This document shows positions 41,904 through 52,566 of a stretch of DNA of 64,000 nucleotides, piece by piece. The notes below the pieces were generated by a model, which saw nothing but the letters and a program-made list of their open reading frames with translations, had not been told where the DNA came from and made no database searches. Source of the stretch: a virus. The translations under genes and the position numbers were made by a program. Positions within the stretch are counted from its first letter, which is position 1. Every line of letters starts with the position of its first letter. The DNA lies in the IMG/VR virus record IMGVR_UViG_3300042691_027241, positions 11,563 through 75,562 of that record. One strand, 5' to 3'.

Positions 41904-42729
41904 TCACAAAGAACAACAAGGATTTTTAACTTTAGCCTACAATTCAAATAAAGTAGATTATTTAGAATTGGCTTATCTACAGGCAATGAGTATCAAGACG
42001 ACTATGCCTAATGCCAAAGTTGCTGTGGTTGTTGATTTTAAGACCAAGAAAAATGTAACCTCTAAAATTGAAAAAGTATTTGATTATATAATAGAAGGTA
42101 AAGACAGTGAATGGCCAATGCAAGTCGAACCAGATTTATTTTGGCTTACTCCGTTTAAGGAAACTATTAAACTTGAATCAGATTTATTAATTACACGTAA
42201 TATAGAACACTGGTGGCATGCTTTAAGATTGCGTAACGTGGTGCTAAGTACTCATTGTCGTAATACAGAGGATACAGTTGTTGTTGACACCGAATATAGA
42301 AAATTTTGGTCAGACAACAATTTGCCAAACATATACAATGGAATGATGTATTTTAGATATTCGCAAGAAGCCGCACTTTTTTTTAATACAGCTAAAAAAC
42401 TGTACAGGCATTATGATTATCTCAGAGATAACGTTTTGAAAAATTGTAGAGAAGAACACCCAAGTACAGATGTAATTTATTCAATCGCAGCAAAAATAGT
42501 TGGCATAGAAAATTGTACTATTCCCAGTTTAGATTTTTTTAATTTTGTACACATGAAAACACATATACAAAATTGGCCGGGACAAGTAGAATGGAATGAA
42601 TTGGTAGTATGTGAAATAGATCCGCCGGTGATTAGAATTAATAATCTCAATCAGTATAATCCTGTTCATTATCATGTTAAACACTGGCCAACAGACAGCA
42701 TAATAAATAGATATGAACACACCTCCTGA
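41896..42729 (+). CDS. Putative GT-A glycosyltransferase (GT8-like paralogue)
   Basis: YLELAYLQAMSIK; TPFKETIKLESDL (ExD in place of DxD); YNGMMYF; HYH. Confidence 0.6.
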   Translation: MFNHKEQQGFLTLAYNSNKVDYLELAYLQAMSIKTTMPNAKVAVVVDFKTKKNVTSKIEKVFDYIIEGKDSEWPMQVEPDLFWLTPFKETIKLESDLLITRNIEHWWHALRLRNVVLSTHCRNTEDTVVVDTEYRKFWSDNNLPNIYNGMMYFRYSQEAALFFNTAKKLYRHYDYLRDNVLKNCREEHPSTDVIYSIAAKIVGIENCTIPSLDFFNFVHMKTHIQNWPGQVEWNELVVCEIDPPVIRINNLNQYNPVHYHVKHWPTDSIINRYEHTS

Positions 42730-43069
42730 ATTAATTGAAGCCATTGGCTTAATTCGAGAAATTCCGCAGCCAAAAATAGAGTACAGAATACATTACGACA
42801 GTAAAGGATTTATTGTAAGTTGTACAATGATTGACCATCCAGACGATTCTAATTACATTGTAGTAGATCAAGAGACTTATGACAATTACTTTAGATATGA
42901 CAGAGTGATAAACGGAAAATTAAGAAAAATAATTCATGATCCGGGATATAGAGTACAATTACATCCAAGCACAAGCGGTTATAAAGTGATTAAAAATCAC
43001 GCAGCTTTACTTTTAGAAGAGAATGAACAATACAATGACACAGAATTCTACAATGGTTCAAATAATTGA
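42713..43069 (+). CDS. Hypothetical protein
   Basis: 118-aa ORF overlapping both neighbours. Confidence 0.7.
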   Translation: MNTPPELIEAIGLIREIPQPKIEYRIHYDSKGFIVSCTMIDHPDDSNYIVVDQETYDNYFRYDRVINGKLRKIIHDPGYRVQLHPSTSGYKVIKNHAALLLEENEQYNDTEFYNGSNN

Positions 43070-43979
43070 TATAGCAGATTTAGATTGTATATTTTTAACT
43101 TATGACGAACCTAAAAAAGAAGAGTTTTGGATCAAGATTCAAAACATGGTGCCGTGGGCAAAGAGAGTTGATGGAGTTAAAGGGTCTGATGCAGCGCATA
43201 AAGCAGCCGCCGCCGCCAGCGACACAGACCGTTTTGTTCTTGTTGACGGAGATAATATTCCGGACCCAGAATTTTTTAACTTACAACTATCGCTGGATGA
43301 AAGAAATCATGATCACGTTTTTAGATGGAAAGCACGTAACGTTATAAATGGTCTTAGATACGGAAACGGCGGCCTAAGCTGTTGGACAAAAGATTTTGTA
43401 AACAACATGCGTACACACGAAGCCAGTCTTGGCGATGAAGAAACTGCCGTTGAATTTTGTTTTAATCCAAAATACACAGCTATGCACAATTGTTATAGCA
43501 CAACCTATCCCAATGGTAGTGCTAAACAAGCATGGCGTGCAGGATTCAGAGAAGGTGTAAAAATGTGTCTTGACAGAGGACACAAACCTTCGTTGCAAGA
43601 ATTTGAAGAAGGTGTGAACAAACGTAATTATGATCACTTGTGTATCTGGCAAAGTGTGGGCGCAGATGTAGAAAATGGTTATTGGGCAATGTACGGTGCA
43701 AGATTAGGAACATACATGATTATGTTGGAAGGATGGGATTATCATCAGGTACAGGACTTTGATACACTGGAAATGTTATGGAATAGTTTCAGTAAGGAAG
43801 ATCCCAAAGAAGGATGCGAGAGAATCGAAAGTTCGTTAACAACAAGATTAGGATTACCTATCGTTACTTACACTCCCAAGCAAAGTCAATTTTTTAAGCA
43901 TCATTATAGTATTGGTCAACGCAACAGCGAGATTATGATGACCGAAATAGATGTTATACGTAGGATCGAAGGATGGTAA
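43053..43979 (+). CDS. Putative glycosyltransferase (GT-A-like)
   Basis: RVDGVKGSDAAH...FVLVDGDN DxD motif; YGNGG; AWRAGFREGVK. ORF track starts at 43023. Confidence 0.55.
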   Translation: MVQIIDIADLDCIFLTYDEPKKEEFWIKIQNMVPWAKRVDGVKGSDAAHKAAAAASDTDRFVLVDGDNIPDPEFFNLQLSLDERNHDHVFRWKARNVINGLRYGNGGLSCWTKDFVNNMRTHEASLGDEETAVEFCFNPKYTAMHNCYSTTYPNGSAKQAWRAGFREGVKMCLDRGHKPSLQEFEEGVNKRNYDHLCIWQSVGADVENGYWAMYGARLGTYMIMLEGWDYHQVQDFDTLEMLWNSFSKEDPKEGCERIESSLTTRLGLPIVTYTPKQSQFFKHHYSIGQRNSEIMMTEIDVIRRIEGW

Positions 43980-45008
43980 GTGTATAGACATGCCGAAATA
44001 GTGCATTGGATGCACAATAAAGAAACTCACGCAATCATACCGCAGCAGGTAGATATTGATCTGACTAATATTTGCAATCAAGATTGTTTCTATTGTAATT
44101 CCGCAGAACATAGAAAATTAGCACCTGTACAAAAACATTATACAGAATATATTCGATTACTTGATAAACTTGCTGCCTGGCGTGAGCATAGTCCACAGAG
44201 TTTTGGTAGCTTACATACTATTACCTACCCTGGTGGCGGCGAACCTACATTATTGCCCGGCTATGAAAATGTTATTGAACATACTATCAACTTAGGTTTC
44301 CTGACAAGTCTGACTACAAACGGTACGCAACTGGAACCACTAATAGAAAATGTTTCTGTAGATAAGTTACGTCAAATGGCATGGATTGGGATAGACATCG
44401 ACGCCGGCACTGAGGATCTATACGAAAAGATTCGACGCAGCATACCCAAGCGATCGCCATTTAGTAAAGTAATGCGTAATGCACAAGAATTAGTTCGCTT
44501 AGGTGTGAATGTGGATTTTAAAGTTTTATTAAATGAATATAACAATAATAAAAAAGCTATTGAAGATATTTTTAAACAATGTAAAGACGTTGGTGTTAGA
44601 TTACTTTACTTTAGACCTGCAATTATTAATAATCAGGCATATCCATGGGGCGAGGCAGAATGGAGCATGATAAATGAACTTTCTGCACAATACAAAGTAG
44701 AGTCTAAGTTTAATAAAACTAAAACAGAAACTAGGAACTACTCGCGATGTCACCAAATGTTTCAATTTCCGGTATTTTGTGCTGACGGTTACATTTATAC
44801 ATGCTGCGACAACAAAGGTAATCCCAACTTTGCCCTAGGTCGATGGGATGAGATGGATTTTAGAGATATATGGCTTAACGATCGTCATTACAACATTTAT
44901 GATAAAACAAATACTCATTTATGTCCGCCCTGCCGACCAAACAAACATAATATTGAAATTCAAAAAATTATTGACCAAAATAGTTTAATGGAAAATTTAT
45001 ACACATGA
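43980..45008 (+). CDS. Radical SAM protein with a C-terminal SPASM/twitch domain
   Basis: CNQDCFYC, GGGEP, TTNG; C-terminal C...ADGYIYTCC...LG...CPPC; GTG start. Confidence 0.88.
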   Translation: MYRHAEIVHWMHNKETHAIIPQQVDIDLTNICNQDCFYCNSAEHRKLAPVQKHYTEYIRLLDKLAAWREHSPQSFGSLHTITYPGGGEPTLLPGYENVIEHTINLGFLTSLTTNGTQLEPLIENVSVDKLRQMAWIGIDIDAGTEDLYEKIRRSIPKRSPFSKVMRNAQELVRLGVNVDFKVLLNEYNNNKKAIEDIFKQCKDVGVRLLYFRPAIINNQAYPWGEAEWSMINELSAQYKVESKFNKTKTETRNYSRCHQMFQFPVFCADGYIYTCCDNKGNPNFALGRWDEMDFRDIWLNDRHYNIYDKTNTHLCPPCRPNKHNIEIQKIIDQNSLMENLYT

Positions 45009-45361
45009 CTTTCTTTCCTGTAGTTGAATTAGTTGATCGTTATTCGATAGCTTGTTTAAAGTATGATAAAACTCATGCTAATCAAGAAGAAGTAGAATTT
45101 TATAAAAGCCAATTGAGCAATTACGATATTAGCTCTATAAACAGCGAGATTACAGAGTTATATAATATACATAGCCAAATATGGGATTTAGAATCTCAGT
45201 TAAAATCTGGAAAAGAACACGAACTACCACTAGACGAACTTGGACGCCGAGCAATCGCAATTAGAAATCTAAACAATAAAAGAATTAAGTTAAAAAACAT
45301 CGCAGCAGAAAAACTAGGATGTGTAGTAAGAGAAATTAAGAAGGACCATTTAAGTGAATAA
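45005..45361 (+). CDS. Small helical protein (DUF6165/DUF4254-like)
   Basis: VELVDRYSI..LK...IWDLE...AIRNLNNKRIKLKN pattern, as recalled for families found near glycosyltransferase genes. Confidence 0.55.
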   Translation: MTFFPVVELVDRYSIACLKYDKTHANQEEVEFYKSQLSNYDISSINSEITELYNIHSQIWDLESQLKSGKEHELPLDELGRRAIAIRNLNNKRIKLKNIAAEKLGCVVREIKKDHLSE

Positions 45362-46295
45362 GTTTACTATTATCCCTGCTGATATGTTTATTTGGAATAA
45401 AATTGAATTGTTACAATTTTTAATTAGCAATCAAAATAATCATATTTCTATTGACACAAATGAAGAAGGCTGTTGTGCCTATTCAATAGGTTTATATAAA
45501 TTATTAGATTTATTTGAATTTAAGTCAGTTACAATCAATACAAATAATATTTTAGAACATCACAAAAAATATAATATAACCGGTAGCAAATTTTTCAAAT
45601 TTTTTAACATAGGCAATAATAGTTACAAGGAATATCATGCTTGGAATGGAAATGCAGTATTCGGAGCATTTTATAATAGACCAATCTGGCACCGTCTTGG
45701 TTTAGCTGCCGAATTGTACGAACATAAAACTTTATTAAACTTTAGGGCCAATCCGCACAATGAAGATAATCGTGCTCTTTTTGAATTACAAAAACTATTT
45801 GAAGTGAGTCCAGAGTCTGCTAAAAAGTTGTTAAACCTTGCAAATAATTTTCCTAAACAGTTAGAAAGTTCAGATGGGTATACAGTAGGGGCTACGACAC
45901 AACAACACACCGATCAACTGTGCCAGTTTTACCCTAATATTTTTATTGATATAGTGGCAGAAACATTTGTCAACGGCCGTACTTTTTTTGTAACAGAAAA
46001 AACAGTTCGTCCTATGTTACTTAAAAAACCATTTATTATAATGGGTTCAAAAAATTTCATGATATATTTAAGGCAAATGGGATTTAAAACTTTTTACGAA
46101 TACTGGGATGAGGATTATGATGGCTTTGAAGGAAAAAACAGATATTTAAAAATACTAGATATAATTGACATGCTGGCCAAAAAAACACCAAATGAACTAG
46201 AAGAAATGTACAAATCAATGCAGAATATATTAGATCATAATTATAATTTGTTGGTCAATCAAATTTATAGTAAAAATATAACGCATGTCAATTAA
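45354..46295 (+). CDS. 'TEK' family protein, putative GT10-like glycosyltransferase
   Basis: IVAET...FVTEKTVRPM..KKPF..G...LRQMGFKTF..YWDEDYD C-terminal motif shared with three paralogues. Confidence 0.5.
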   Translation: MNKFTIIPADMFIWNKIELLQFLISNQNNHISIDTNEEGCCAYSIGLYKLLDLFEFKSVTINTNNILEHHKKYNITGSKFFKFFNIGNNSYKEYHAWNGNAVFGAFYNRPIWHRLGLAAELYEHKTLLNFRANPHNEDNRALFELQKLFEVSPESAKKLLNLANNFPKQLESSDGYTVGATTQQHTDQLCQFYPNIFIDIVAETFVNGRTFFVTEKTVRPMLLKKPFIIMGSKNFMIYLRQMGFKTFYEYWDEDYDGFEGKNRYLKILDIIDMLAKKTPNELEEMYKSMQNILDHNYNLLVNQIYSKNITHVN

Positions 46296-47142
46296 ACCAA
46301 CGCTGCCTTTTGTTGAAACAATGATTACACAGGCCTGCAATATCAGCTGTTTGGGCTGTACTAATTATAGCGATCTCAAGCATAACGGATATGTAAGTTG
46401 GAGGGAAGGAAAAAAACAAATTGAGGCTTGGTTAGATAGAATCAATATTCCAGATTTTGGAATAATGGGAGGAGAACCATTAATCAACCCTGAAGTAAAA
46501 GAATGGATCAAAGGTTGCAGAGAACTTTTACCAAATGCCCAAATTAGATTTACTACGAACGGCATACTGTTATCAAAACATTTTGATATAATAGACTTAA
46601 TGGCTGACATAGGAAACTGCGTATTTAAAATCACAGTACATACCGAGAGTGCAATTGTTCAAGAACTGATTGATAAAATTTTATCAAAATATACATGGAG
46701 TCCAGTAGTCGAACACGGAATTAATAGGTTTAAAACAGACAATAATTTAAGATTTCAAATTAGTCGTCCAGTTAGATTCGTTAAGACGTACCAAAACTCT
46801 TACAACAATATGCTTCCTTACAATAACGATCCTGTTAGTGCTTTTGATAATTGTTGTCAACAAACTTGCCCTCTTCTTTATAATGGCAACATATATAAAT
46901 GTAGTACATCAGGTTTACTTAAAGGAGTTTTAGAGAGGTTCAATTACCCAAATAAAGATTCTTGGGATCCTTATATCACAAACGGAATTTCTCCGGACTG
47001 CGATAATATTGAGTTACAGAAATTTATTGACAATTTTGGAAAACCACACTCGTTATTATGTGGACAATGTCCGACAGCTAACGATAGTAACATTGTTCAT
47101 TTAGAAAATGTTTATACAAAAAATGCACAGTTTAATTTCTGA
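46285..47142 (+). CDS. Radical SAM protein
   Basis: CNISCLGC, GGEP, TTNG; extra C-terminal Cys (CCQQTC, YKC, CGQC). Confidence 0.88.
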   Translation: MSIKPTLPFVETMITQACNISCLGCTNYSDLKHNGYVSWREGKKQIEAWLDRINIPDFGIMGGEPLINPEVKEWIKGCRELLPNAQIRFTTNGILLSKHFDIIDLMADIGNCVFKITVHTESAIVQELIDKILSKYTWSPVVEHGINRFKTDNNLRFQISRPVRFVKTYQNSYNNMLPYNNDPVSAFDNCCQQTCPLLYNGNIYKCSTSGLLKGVLERFNYPNKDSWDPYITNGISPDCDNIELQKFIDNFGKPHSLLCGQCPTANDSNIVHLENVYTKNAQFNF

Positions 47143-48163
47143 AGATACAAAAATTCATAACGAATATAAATTGGTAATTTATCTTTACCAATGCTTTGTT
47201 GAAGATAAAGATATCGTTATTGATTTTCATTTGGAAGGACCGTGTTGCTCTCGGAATAATTTATATAATATACTGGATGAATTTTGCAATGCTACAAAAT
47301 TTAATAAATCACGCATTAAAATTTATACAGGAAACGCCCTAGAACGTCACAGCGAATATGAAATAATTTTTAAACCTGAATATTGGTACGAGATCAAATT
47401 AATAAATGATTGGCTTAAAAACAATAGGTTAAACATTGATACAAAACCTCTAAAACATTTTGGTATTTTTATTGGACGATCATCCTGGTCTAGACTTTGG
47501 GCTTCGACTATACTTTATCGATATAAAGATAAAACATTACAAACTTTTCATAGTGGGTACGATCAGAACTATGTTGTTTCCAAATCTAATAATACTACAG
47601 ATTTTTTAGAACTTGACGAACTAAATAGATTTCGTTGTGATATTATTCCAGAAGTTACTCAATTTTTAAATCATTGTCCAATTAATCAAATAAATGATCT
47701 TGATGTAATTAAAAATACAAAAATGTTTATTGCAGCAAACAATAATTATTGTTTTCCTATTCAACACCCTGCTAATTTAAATATTCTAAAATGGTATAAC
47801 GATATTTGCATTGATGTAATTTGTGAAACCAGAACCGTTGGCAACGTATTTTTTGTAACTGAAAAAACATGGCGTTGCATAATAGCCAAGAAACCGTTTA
47901 TAATAGTAGGAGCCCCTCATTTTTTAAACAATCTAAAAAAATTAGGATTTAAAACATTTAATGATTATTGGAATGAAGGGTATGACGAATATCCACCTAG
48001 TCATCGAATAAAAGAAATAGAAAAACTTATAAACACACTGGCAAAAAAACCAATAATAGAAATGCATAATCTTTTAACACAAATGCAACCAACATTAGAA
48101 CACAATTATCAAACGTTTGTGTCTTTGACTTACAACAAAATACAGGAAATCTTCAATGAATAG
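47108..48163 (+). CDS. 'TEK' family protein, putative GT10-like glycosyltransferase
   Basis: VICET...FVTEKTWRCI..KKPF..G...LKKLGFKTF..YWNEGYD. Confidence 0.5.
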   Translation: MFIQKMHSLISEDTKIHNEYKLVIYLYQCFVEDKDIVIDFHLEGPCCSRNNLYNILDEFCNATKFNKSRIKIYTGNALERHSEYEIIFKPEYWYEIKLINDWLKNNRLNIDTKPLKHFGIFIGRSSWSRLWASTILYRYKDKTLQTFHSGYDQNYVVSKSNNTTDFLELDELNRFRCDIIPEVTQFLNHCPINQINDLDVIKNTKMFIAANNNYCFPIQHPANLNILKWYNDICIDVICETRTVGNVFFVTEKTWRCIIAKKPFIIVGAPHFLNNLKKLGFKTFNDYWNEGYDEYPPSHRIKEIEKLINTLAKKPIIEMHNLLTQMQPTLEHNYQTFVSLTYNKIQEIFNE

Positions 48164-48974
48164 ATTTTTTGCATTTGGTTGCAGTTTTACTAAATCTAAT
48201 AGAGATTCAACTTGGGCAGACATTCTTGGCGCTCAATTTGATTATTATGAAAATTGGGGACAACCAGGTGCAGGAAATAGTTTTATATTTTATAGTCTAA
48301 TAGAATGTTGTAAACGCAACAAAATTAACAAAGATGATACAGTTGCAATTATGTGGACTAGCATTGGAAGAGAAGATAGATTTATACAAGGGAAAGGATG
48401 GATCACCCCGGGCAGTATTTATAATCAGAATGTTTATCCAATTGACTTTGTAAAACAATTTGCAGATCCTACAGGATATTTACTTAGAGATTTGGTACAT
48501 CTATCTGCGGCGAGAAAAATTCTACAAGAGATTGGTTGTAAATATTATTTTTTTAGTGTTGTGCCTTTGAAAATTTTTGATGACAATACGCATAACTATT
48601 TTGACATTGAAACTAGTATAATTGAGCTGTATAAGGATGATTTGTTTGAGGTAAAACCTAGTGTATATGAGGTCGTATTCAACAATAATTGGTACAGCCG
48701 TCCGGGAAAAGTTGATATTGATTTAGTTAAGAATGAATATATAAATCTTAGAGGCAACGAATGGCCCTCGTGGGAAAAATTTGTACTAAGAGAATTTGAC
48801 GGCGTTTCTAAAACAATATTAAAAGAGATCGATGAAAAGTATAATTTGTCAAACAAACTTTTAATTAGATCAGATACGCACCCTACTGCCAATGAAAGTC
48901 ATGAATATCTATTAAAAGTTTACGGTAAGTTAGAAAAAAAATTTAGTAAATCACGTGAGGTCATCAGATTCTAA
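48156..48974 (+). CDS. SGNH/GDSL-like hydrolase or acyltransferase
   Basis: FGCSFT block I, PGAGN block II, DTHPT block V. Confidence 0.6.
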   Translation: MNRFFAFGCSFTKSNRDSTWADILGAQFDYYENWGQPGAGNSFIFYSLIECCKRNKINKDDTVAIMWTSIGREDRFIQGKGWITPGSIYNQNVYPIDFVKQFADPTGYLLRDLVHLSAARKILQEIGCKYYFFSVVPLKIFDDNTHNYFDIETSIIELYKDDLFEVKPSVYEVVFNNNWYSRPGKVDIDLVKNEYINLRGNEWPSWEKFVLREFDGVSKTILKEIDEKYNLSNKLLIRSDTHPTANESHEYLLKVYGKLEKKFSKSREVIRF

Positions 48975-50356
48975 TGTCAAAAAGTATTTTTATGTCAGCA
49001 GCAGAGACTATGAAGGACCAGTTAGGACCTAGTCTTTGCTTGGCTAAATGGCAACAAGTTAGTTTGCATCTTCCTACAGGCCTGAACAATAGTTGTTATC
49101 ATCCTCCTTTACACGAAATAGATTCTTCGTTATTAAAAAACAATCCTGGTGCTTTACATAACACTCCATATAAAAAAGAACAACGTAAAATCATGTTGCG
49201 GAATGAAAGACCACAAGAATGTAGTTATTGCTGGACGCAGGAGGATTTGGGGAATTTAAGTGATAGACATTACCGATCAGGTGAGCCTTGGGCAGCCGAA
49301 CACTATGAAAAAATTTCAAATGCAACAGGCGATGAAGATAGTATTCCTTCCTATGTGGAAGTCAATTTTAATCATGCTTGCAATCTCAAGTGCTCCTATT
49401 GTAGTCCTCAGTTTAGTAGTAGCTGGGATGATGAAATTAGACGTTATGGAGGATATCCCACCAGCACTACTCATAATGATGCTTCCCATTTTAGCGGTCG
49501 CAGACGACCTATCCCTGTTCGAGAAGATAACCCTTATGTTGATGCATTCTGGGAATGGTGGCCCAGTTTATATCCACGACTAAAACATTTTAGAATGACT
49601 GGCGGCGAACCCCTAATGGATCGTAATACATATCGAGTGTTTGACTATGTGTTGGCCTTTCCTAAACCTGATTTGCATATTGATGTGACCAGCAACTTTA
49701 GTGTAGAAGAAAAATTGTGGGAACAATATTTTGATTACGTAAGCCAATTATGTAACACAAATATTGAACACTTCATGCAGTATGTGAGTTTGGATACCGG
49801 AATAGCCGAACATGCCGAATATATCAGACATGGAATGGAATATAAAAGAGTTTTAGCAAGAGTTGATTATTTTTTAAGACACATTCCTTATCGTAACAGT
49901 CTTACGTTCATTATAACAATGAATAATCTAAGTGTGTTAGGTTTAAAAAGACAATTAGAAACTGTTCTTGCTTTACGAAGATTACACAGTACAACATATC
50001 AACGAGTTTGGTTTGATACACCCATACTCAGACAACCTACCTGGCAAAGCTTACAGATATTACCACCTGTATATGCAAAACGATTACAAGATGTGGTCAA
50101 TTGGATGCGGGCCAATTTAGAAACTGAAGATAACCCATTTCAAGGATTCAAAGATTACGAAGTGCAAAGAATGCAACGAGTTTTGGATTGGATGCAAGAA
50201 GGTAGCAAATTAGATCAAGAATATGTTATAATGCAACGTGCTGATTTTTATAGATTCTTCAATGAGCACGACAAACGTAGAGAAACAGACTTTTTAAAAA
50301 CGTTCCCGGAAATGCGAGAGTTCTGGGATGAATGCCGATATCATGCACACACATAA
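48974..50356 (+). CDS. Radical SAM protein with an N-terminal twitch-type domain
   Basis: CLAKW...SCYH...CSYC N-domain; CNLKCSYC; GGEP. Confidence 0.9.
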   Translation: MSKSIFMSAAETMKDQLGPSLCLAKWQQVSLHLPTGLNNSCYHPPLHEIDSSLLKNNPGALHNTPYKKEQRKIMLRNERPQECSYCWTQEDLGNLSDRHYRSGEPWAAEHYEKISNATGDEDSIPSYVEVNFNHACNLKCSYCSPQFSSSWDDEIRRYGGYPTSTTHNDASHFSGRRRPIPVREDNPYVDAFWEWWPSLYPRLKHFRMTGGEPLMDRNTYRVFDYVLAFPKPDLHIDVTSNFSVEEKLWEQYFDYVSQLCNTNIEHFMQYVSLDTGIAEHAEYIRHGMEYKRVLARVDYFLRHIPYRNSLTFIITMNNLSVLGLKRQLETVLALRRLHSTTYQRVWFDTPILRQPTWQSLQILPPVYAKRLQDVVNWMRANLETEDNPFQGFKDYEVQRMQRVLDWMQEGSKLDQEYVIMQRADFYRFFNEHDKRRETDFLKTFPEMREFWDECRYHAHT

Positions 50357-51224
50357 AATATTATGTATAGGTAATAATACTATCGAGACGGATTACCTGG
50401 CAAGGAAAACAGCATTAAAATTAGGTGTTCCATTTAATGGAATTGTTAATATAACCAGTGTAGAACCAACAACTGGATTATATCATACCAGCATAGAAGA
50501 TTTATCAATCAAAGGTATTAATAAAATTATTAACAAATTTGATAGTATTAAAATATTTGAACAATCAGACTCTCAGGATCAAGAAGCATATTTTCAAAGA
50601 ATGACACTAAAAAATCAAATTGAATTTCAAGATGCTGATTACCCATATCCGAGTGAACCTCTGTTATTTGTTGGTTGCAGTCATACTGCCGGAACGGGAC
50701 ATACCACAGTTGATACAGTATATACAACATTGTTTTCGTCATTTTTAGATAAGAAATCAGTAATACGCAGTAACCCAGGCAAAGGCAATTGGTTGTTTGG
50801 GCAAATATTAAATCAATACAGATTAAAAAATACCTGTGTAGTGATACAATTCACAGACATTTTTAGAACACGATACTATAACGCTATGGGTACCCTTGTT
50901 GAAAAACAAGGAAAAGATTATAGTAAAAATGAAATAGAATTTTTCTCAGAAGAGAAATTAACAAAAGATTTTTTAGAGTTAGTTAATGCTATTGTTATTA
51001 GATTGCGAGATGCTGATGCAAAATTTGTATTTTTCCAATTATCACGTCAGCATGCAAACACTTGTTTAATTGATTATGAATTATCAAAATACAAAGAATT
51101 TTGTTGGATTCCTGATGTCCAACAAGATTTTGCTAATGATGGCATTCACTTCGGAGTAAACAGTCATCGATTAATTGCAGATAAGTTATTTGAAACCTGG
51201 AACAAATTGTATGCCCAAAATTAA
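50328..51224 (+). CDS. SGNH/GDSL-like protein with an extra N-terminal domain
   Basis: VGCSHT, PGKGN and DGIHFG motifs in the C-terminal part. Confidence 0.55.
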   Translation: MNADIMHTHKILCIGNNTIETDYLARKTALKLGVPFNGIVNITSVEPTTGLYHTSIEDLSIKGINKIINKFDSIKIFEQSDSQDQEAYFQRMTLKNQIEFQDADYPYPSEPLLFVGCSHTAGTGHTTVDTVYTTLFSSFLDKKSVIRSNPGKGNWLFGQILNQYRLKNTCVVIQFTDIFRTRYYNAMGTLVEKQGKDYSKNEIEFFSEEKLTKDFLELVNAIVIRLRDADAKFVFFQLSRQHANTCLIDYELSKYKEFCWIPDVQQDFANDGIHFGVNSHRLIADKLFETWNKLYAQN

Positions 51225-52566
51225 TAACGAAACAGATTTAGAATACAAGCGCAGAGTGATAGACATCAAGTCAGAATCATTCTGTGGAGCCAAATGGTAT
51301 AATGCCACTATTTGGTTAGGCTCGGGTATGACAACCAGTTGTCATCATCCATTGCCTCATAAAGTCGAAATAGCAGATGTTGAAGCCAATCCTAGGGCCT
51401 TACATAATACTCCTAAAAAGAAGTCAGAACGCTTGATGATGCAATCAGGAGAAAGACCGAGTGGGTGTGAATACTGCTGGAAAATAGAGGACATTGGTCG
51501 AGACAATATCAGCGATAGAGTTTATAAAACAGTTTTATTTTCAGATGAGGATTTAAACAATGCATTCAACGCAGACCCCAGCGAAGACTTCAATCTTCGC
51601 ACTCTTGAAATCAGTTTTGATCGTACTTGTCAGTTTGCTTGCTCTTATTGCAATCCTGCATTCAGTAGTACTTGGGTCAAAGACATCAATAATAATGGGC
51701 CCTATGTGGACTTGGTGTCTGACGGTAGGAATCATTTTACTCATAGCCATGACAGTTCGCAGCTTTTTAAATTTGGTGAAAATAACCCCTACATCGACGC
51801 CTTCTTTAAATGGTGGGAGTCAGACCTTCACAAAACATTAACTGAGTTAAGAATTACGGGTGGAGAACCTCTTATGTCTGGGTACACTTGGCAACTGCTT
51901 GATTGGTTTAAAACTAATAAAGGTAAGAGTAAAACAAGACTTGCAATCAATTCTAATTTGGGAACACAAGTTGATATCGATCGTTTATTTGATAGTGTGG
52001 ATGCACCCATTGACCTATATACAAGTAATGAATCTGTTGGTTTACATGCAGAGTATATTAGAGATGGATTGGTTTGGGAGGATTGGGCTAATACTATAGA
52101 ACTCATATGTGATAATTTTGCTGATTACAAATTGCGAGGATTACACATAATGTGTACTATAAATGCGCTGTCTCTGGAAAGCTTGACAGAATTTTTAGAT
52201 TGTATCGTACAGTGGAAAACCTGTTATGGTAAAAATTATCCTTTTTTTACATTAAATATATTACGATTTCCAAGTTTTCAAAGCCCTTTAGTTTTGCCAG
52301 ACGAACTAAGAACAAAGTACAAAACTCAATTACAAAATTGGTATAATAGTAACAAGACAAATAAGCTGATTCATGAAATGGAATTTAATCAATTACAAAG
52401 ACTAATTGATTATTTAGATGTAGTAAAGACTCCACACTTAGGAGCAGCAGAGAGAGACGTTTTACAAAAAGATTTTAAGAACTTTTATCAACAATACGAT
52501 GTAAGACGAAAAAAGAATTTTGTTGCAACGTTTCCAAATTTAGCAGATTGGTATAACAATATATGA
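51211..52566 (+). CDS. Radical SAM protein with an N-terminal twitch-type domain
   Basis: CGAKW...SCHH...CEYC; CQFACSYC; GGEP. ORF track starts at 51175 (non-ATG). Confidence 0.9.
   Translation: MPKINNETDLEYKRRVIDIKSESFCGAKWYNATIWLGSGMTTSCHHPLPHKVEIADVEANPRALHNTPKKKSERLMMQSGERPSGCEYCWKIEDIGRDNISDRVYKTVLFSDEDLNNAFNADPSEDFNLRTLEISFDRTCQFACSYCNPAFSSTWVKDINNNGPYVDLVSDGRNHFTHSHDSSQLFKFGENNPYIDAFFKWWESDLHKTLTELRITGGEPLMSGYTWQLLDWFKTNKGKSKTRLAINSNLGTQVDIDRLFDSVDAPIDLYTSNESVGLHAEYIRDGLVWEDWANTIELICDNFADYKLRGLHIMCTINALSLESLTEFLDCIVQWKTCYGKNYPFFTLNILRFPSFQSPLVLPDELRTKYKTQLQNWYNSNKTNKLIHEMEFNQLQRLIDYLDVVKTPHLGAAERDVLQKDFKNFYQQYDVRRKKNFVATFPNLADWYNNI

Noticed and set aside
42704-42709. TAAATA 3 nt before the ATG at 42713 as a late promoter
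   Set aside because: It lies inside the upstream coding sequence, its spacing differs from the other cases, and it is plausible by chance in AT-rich DNA.
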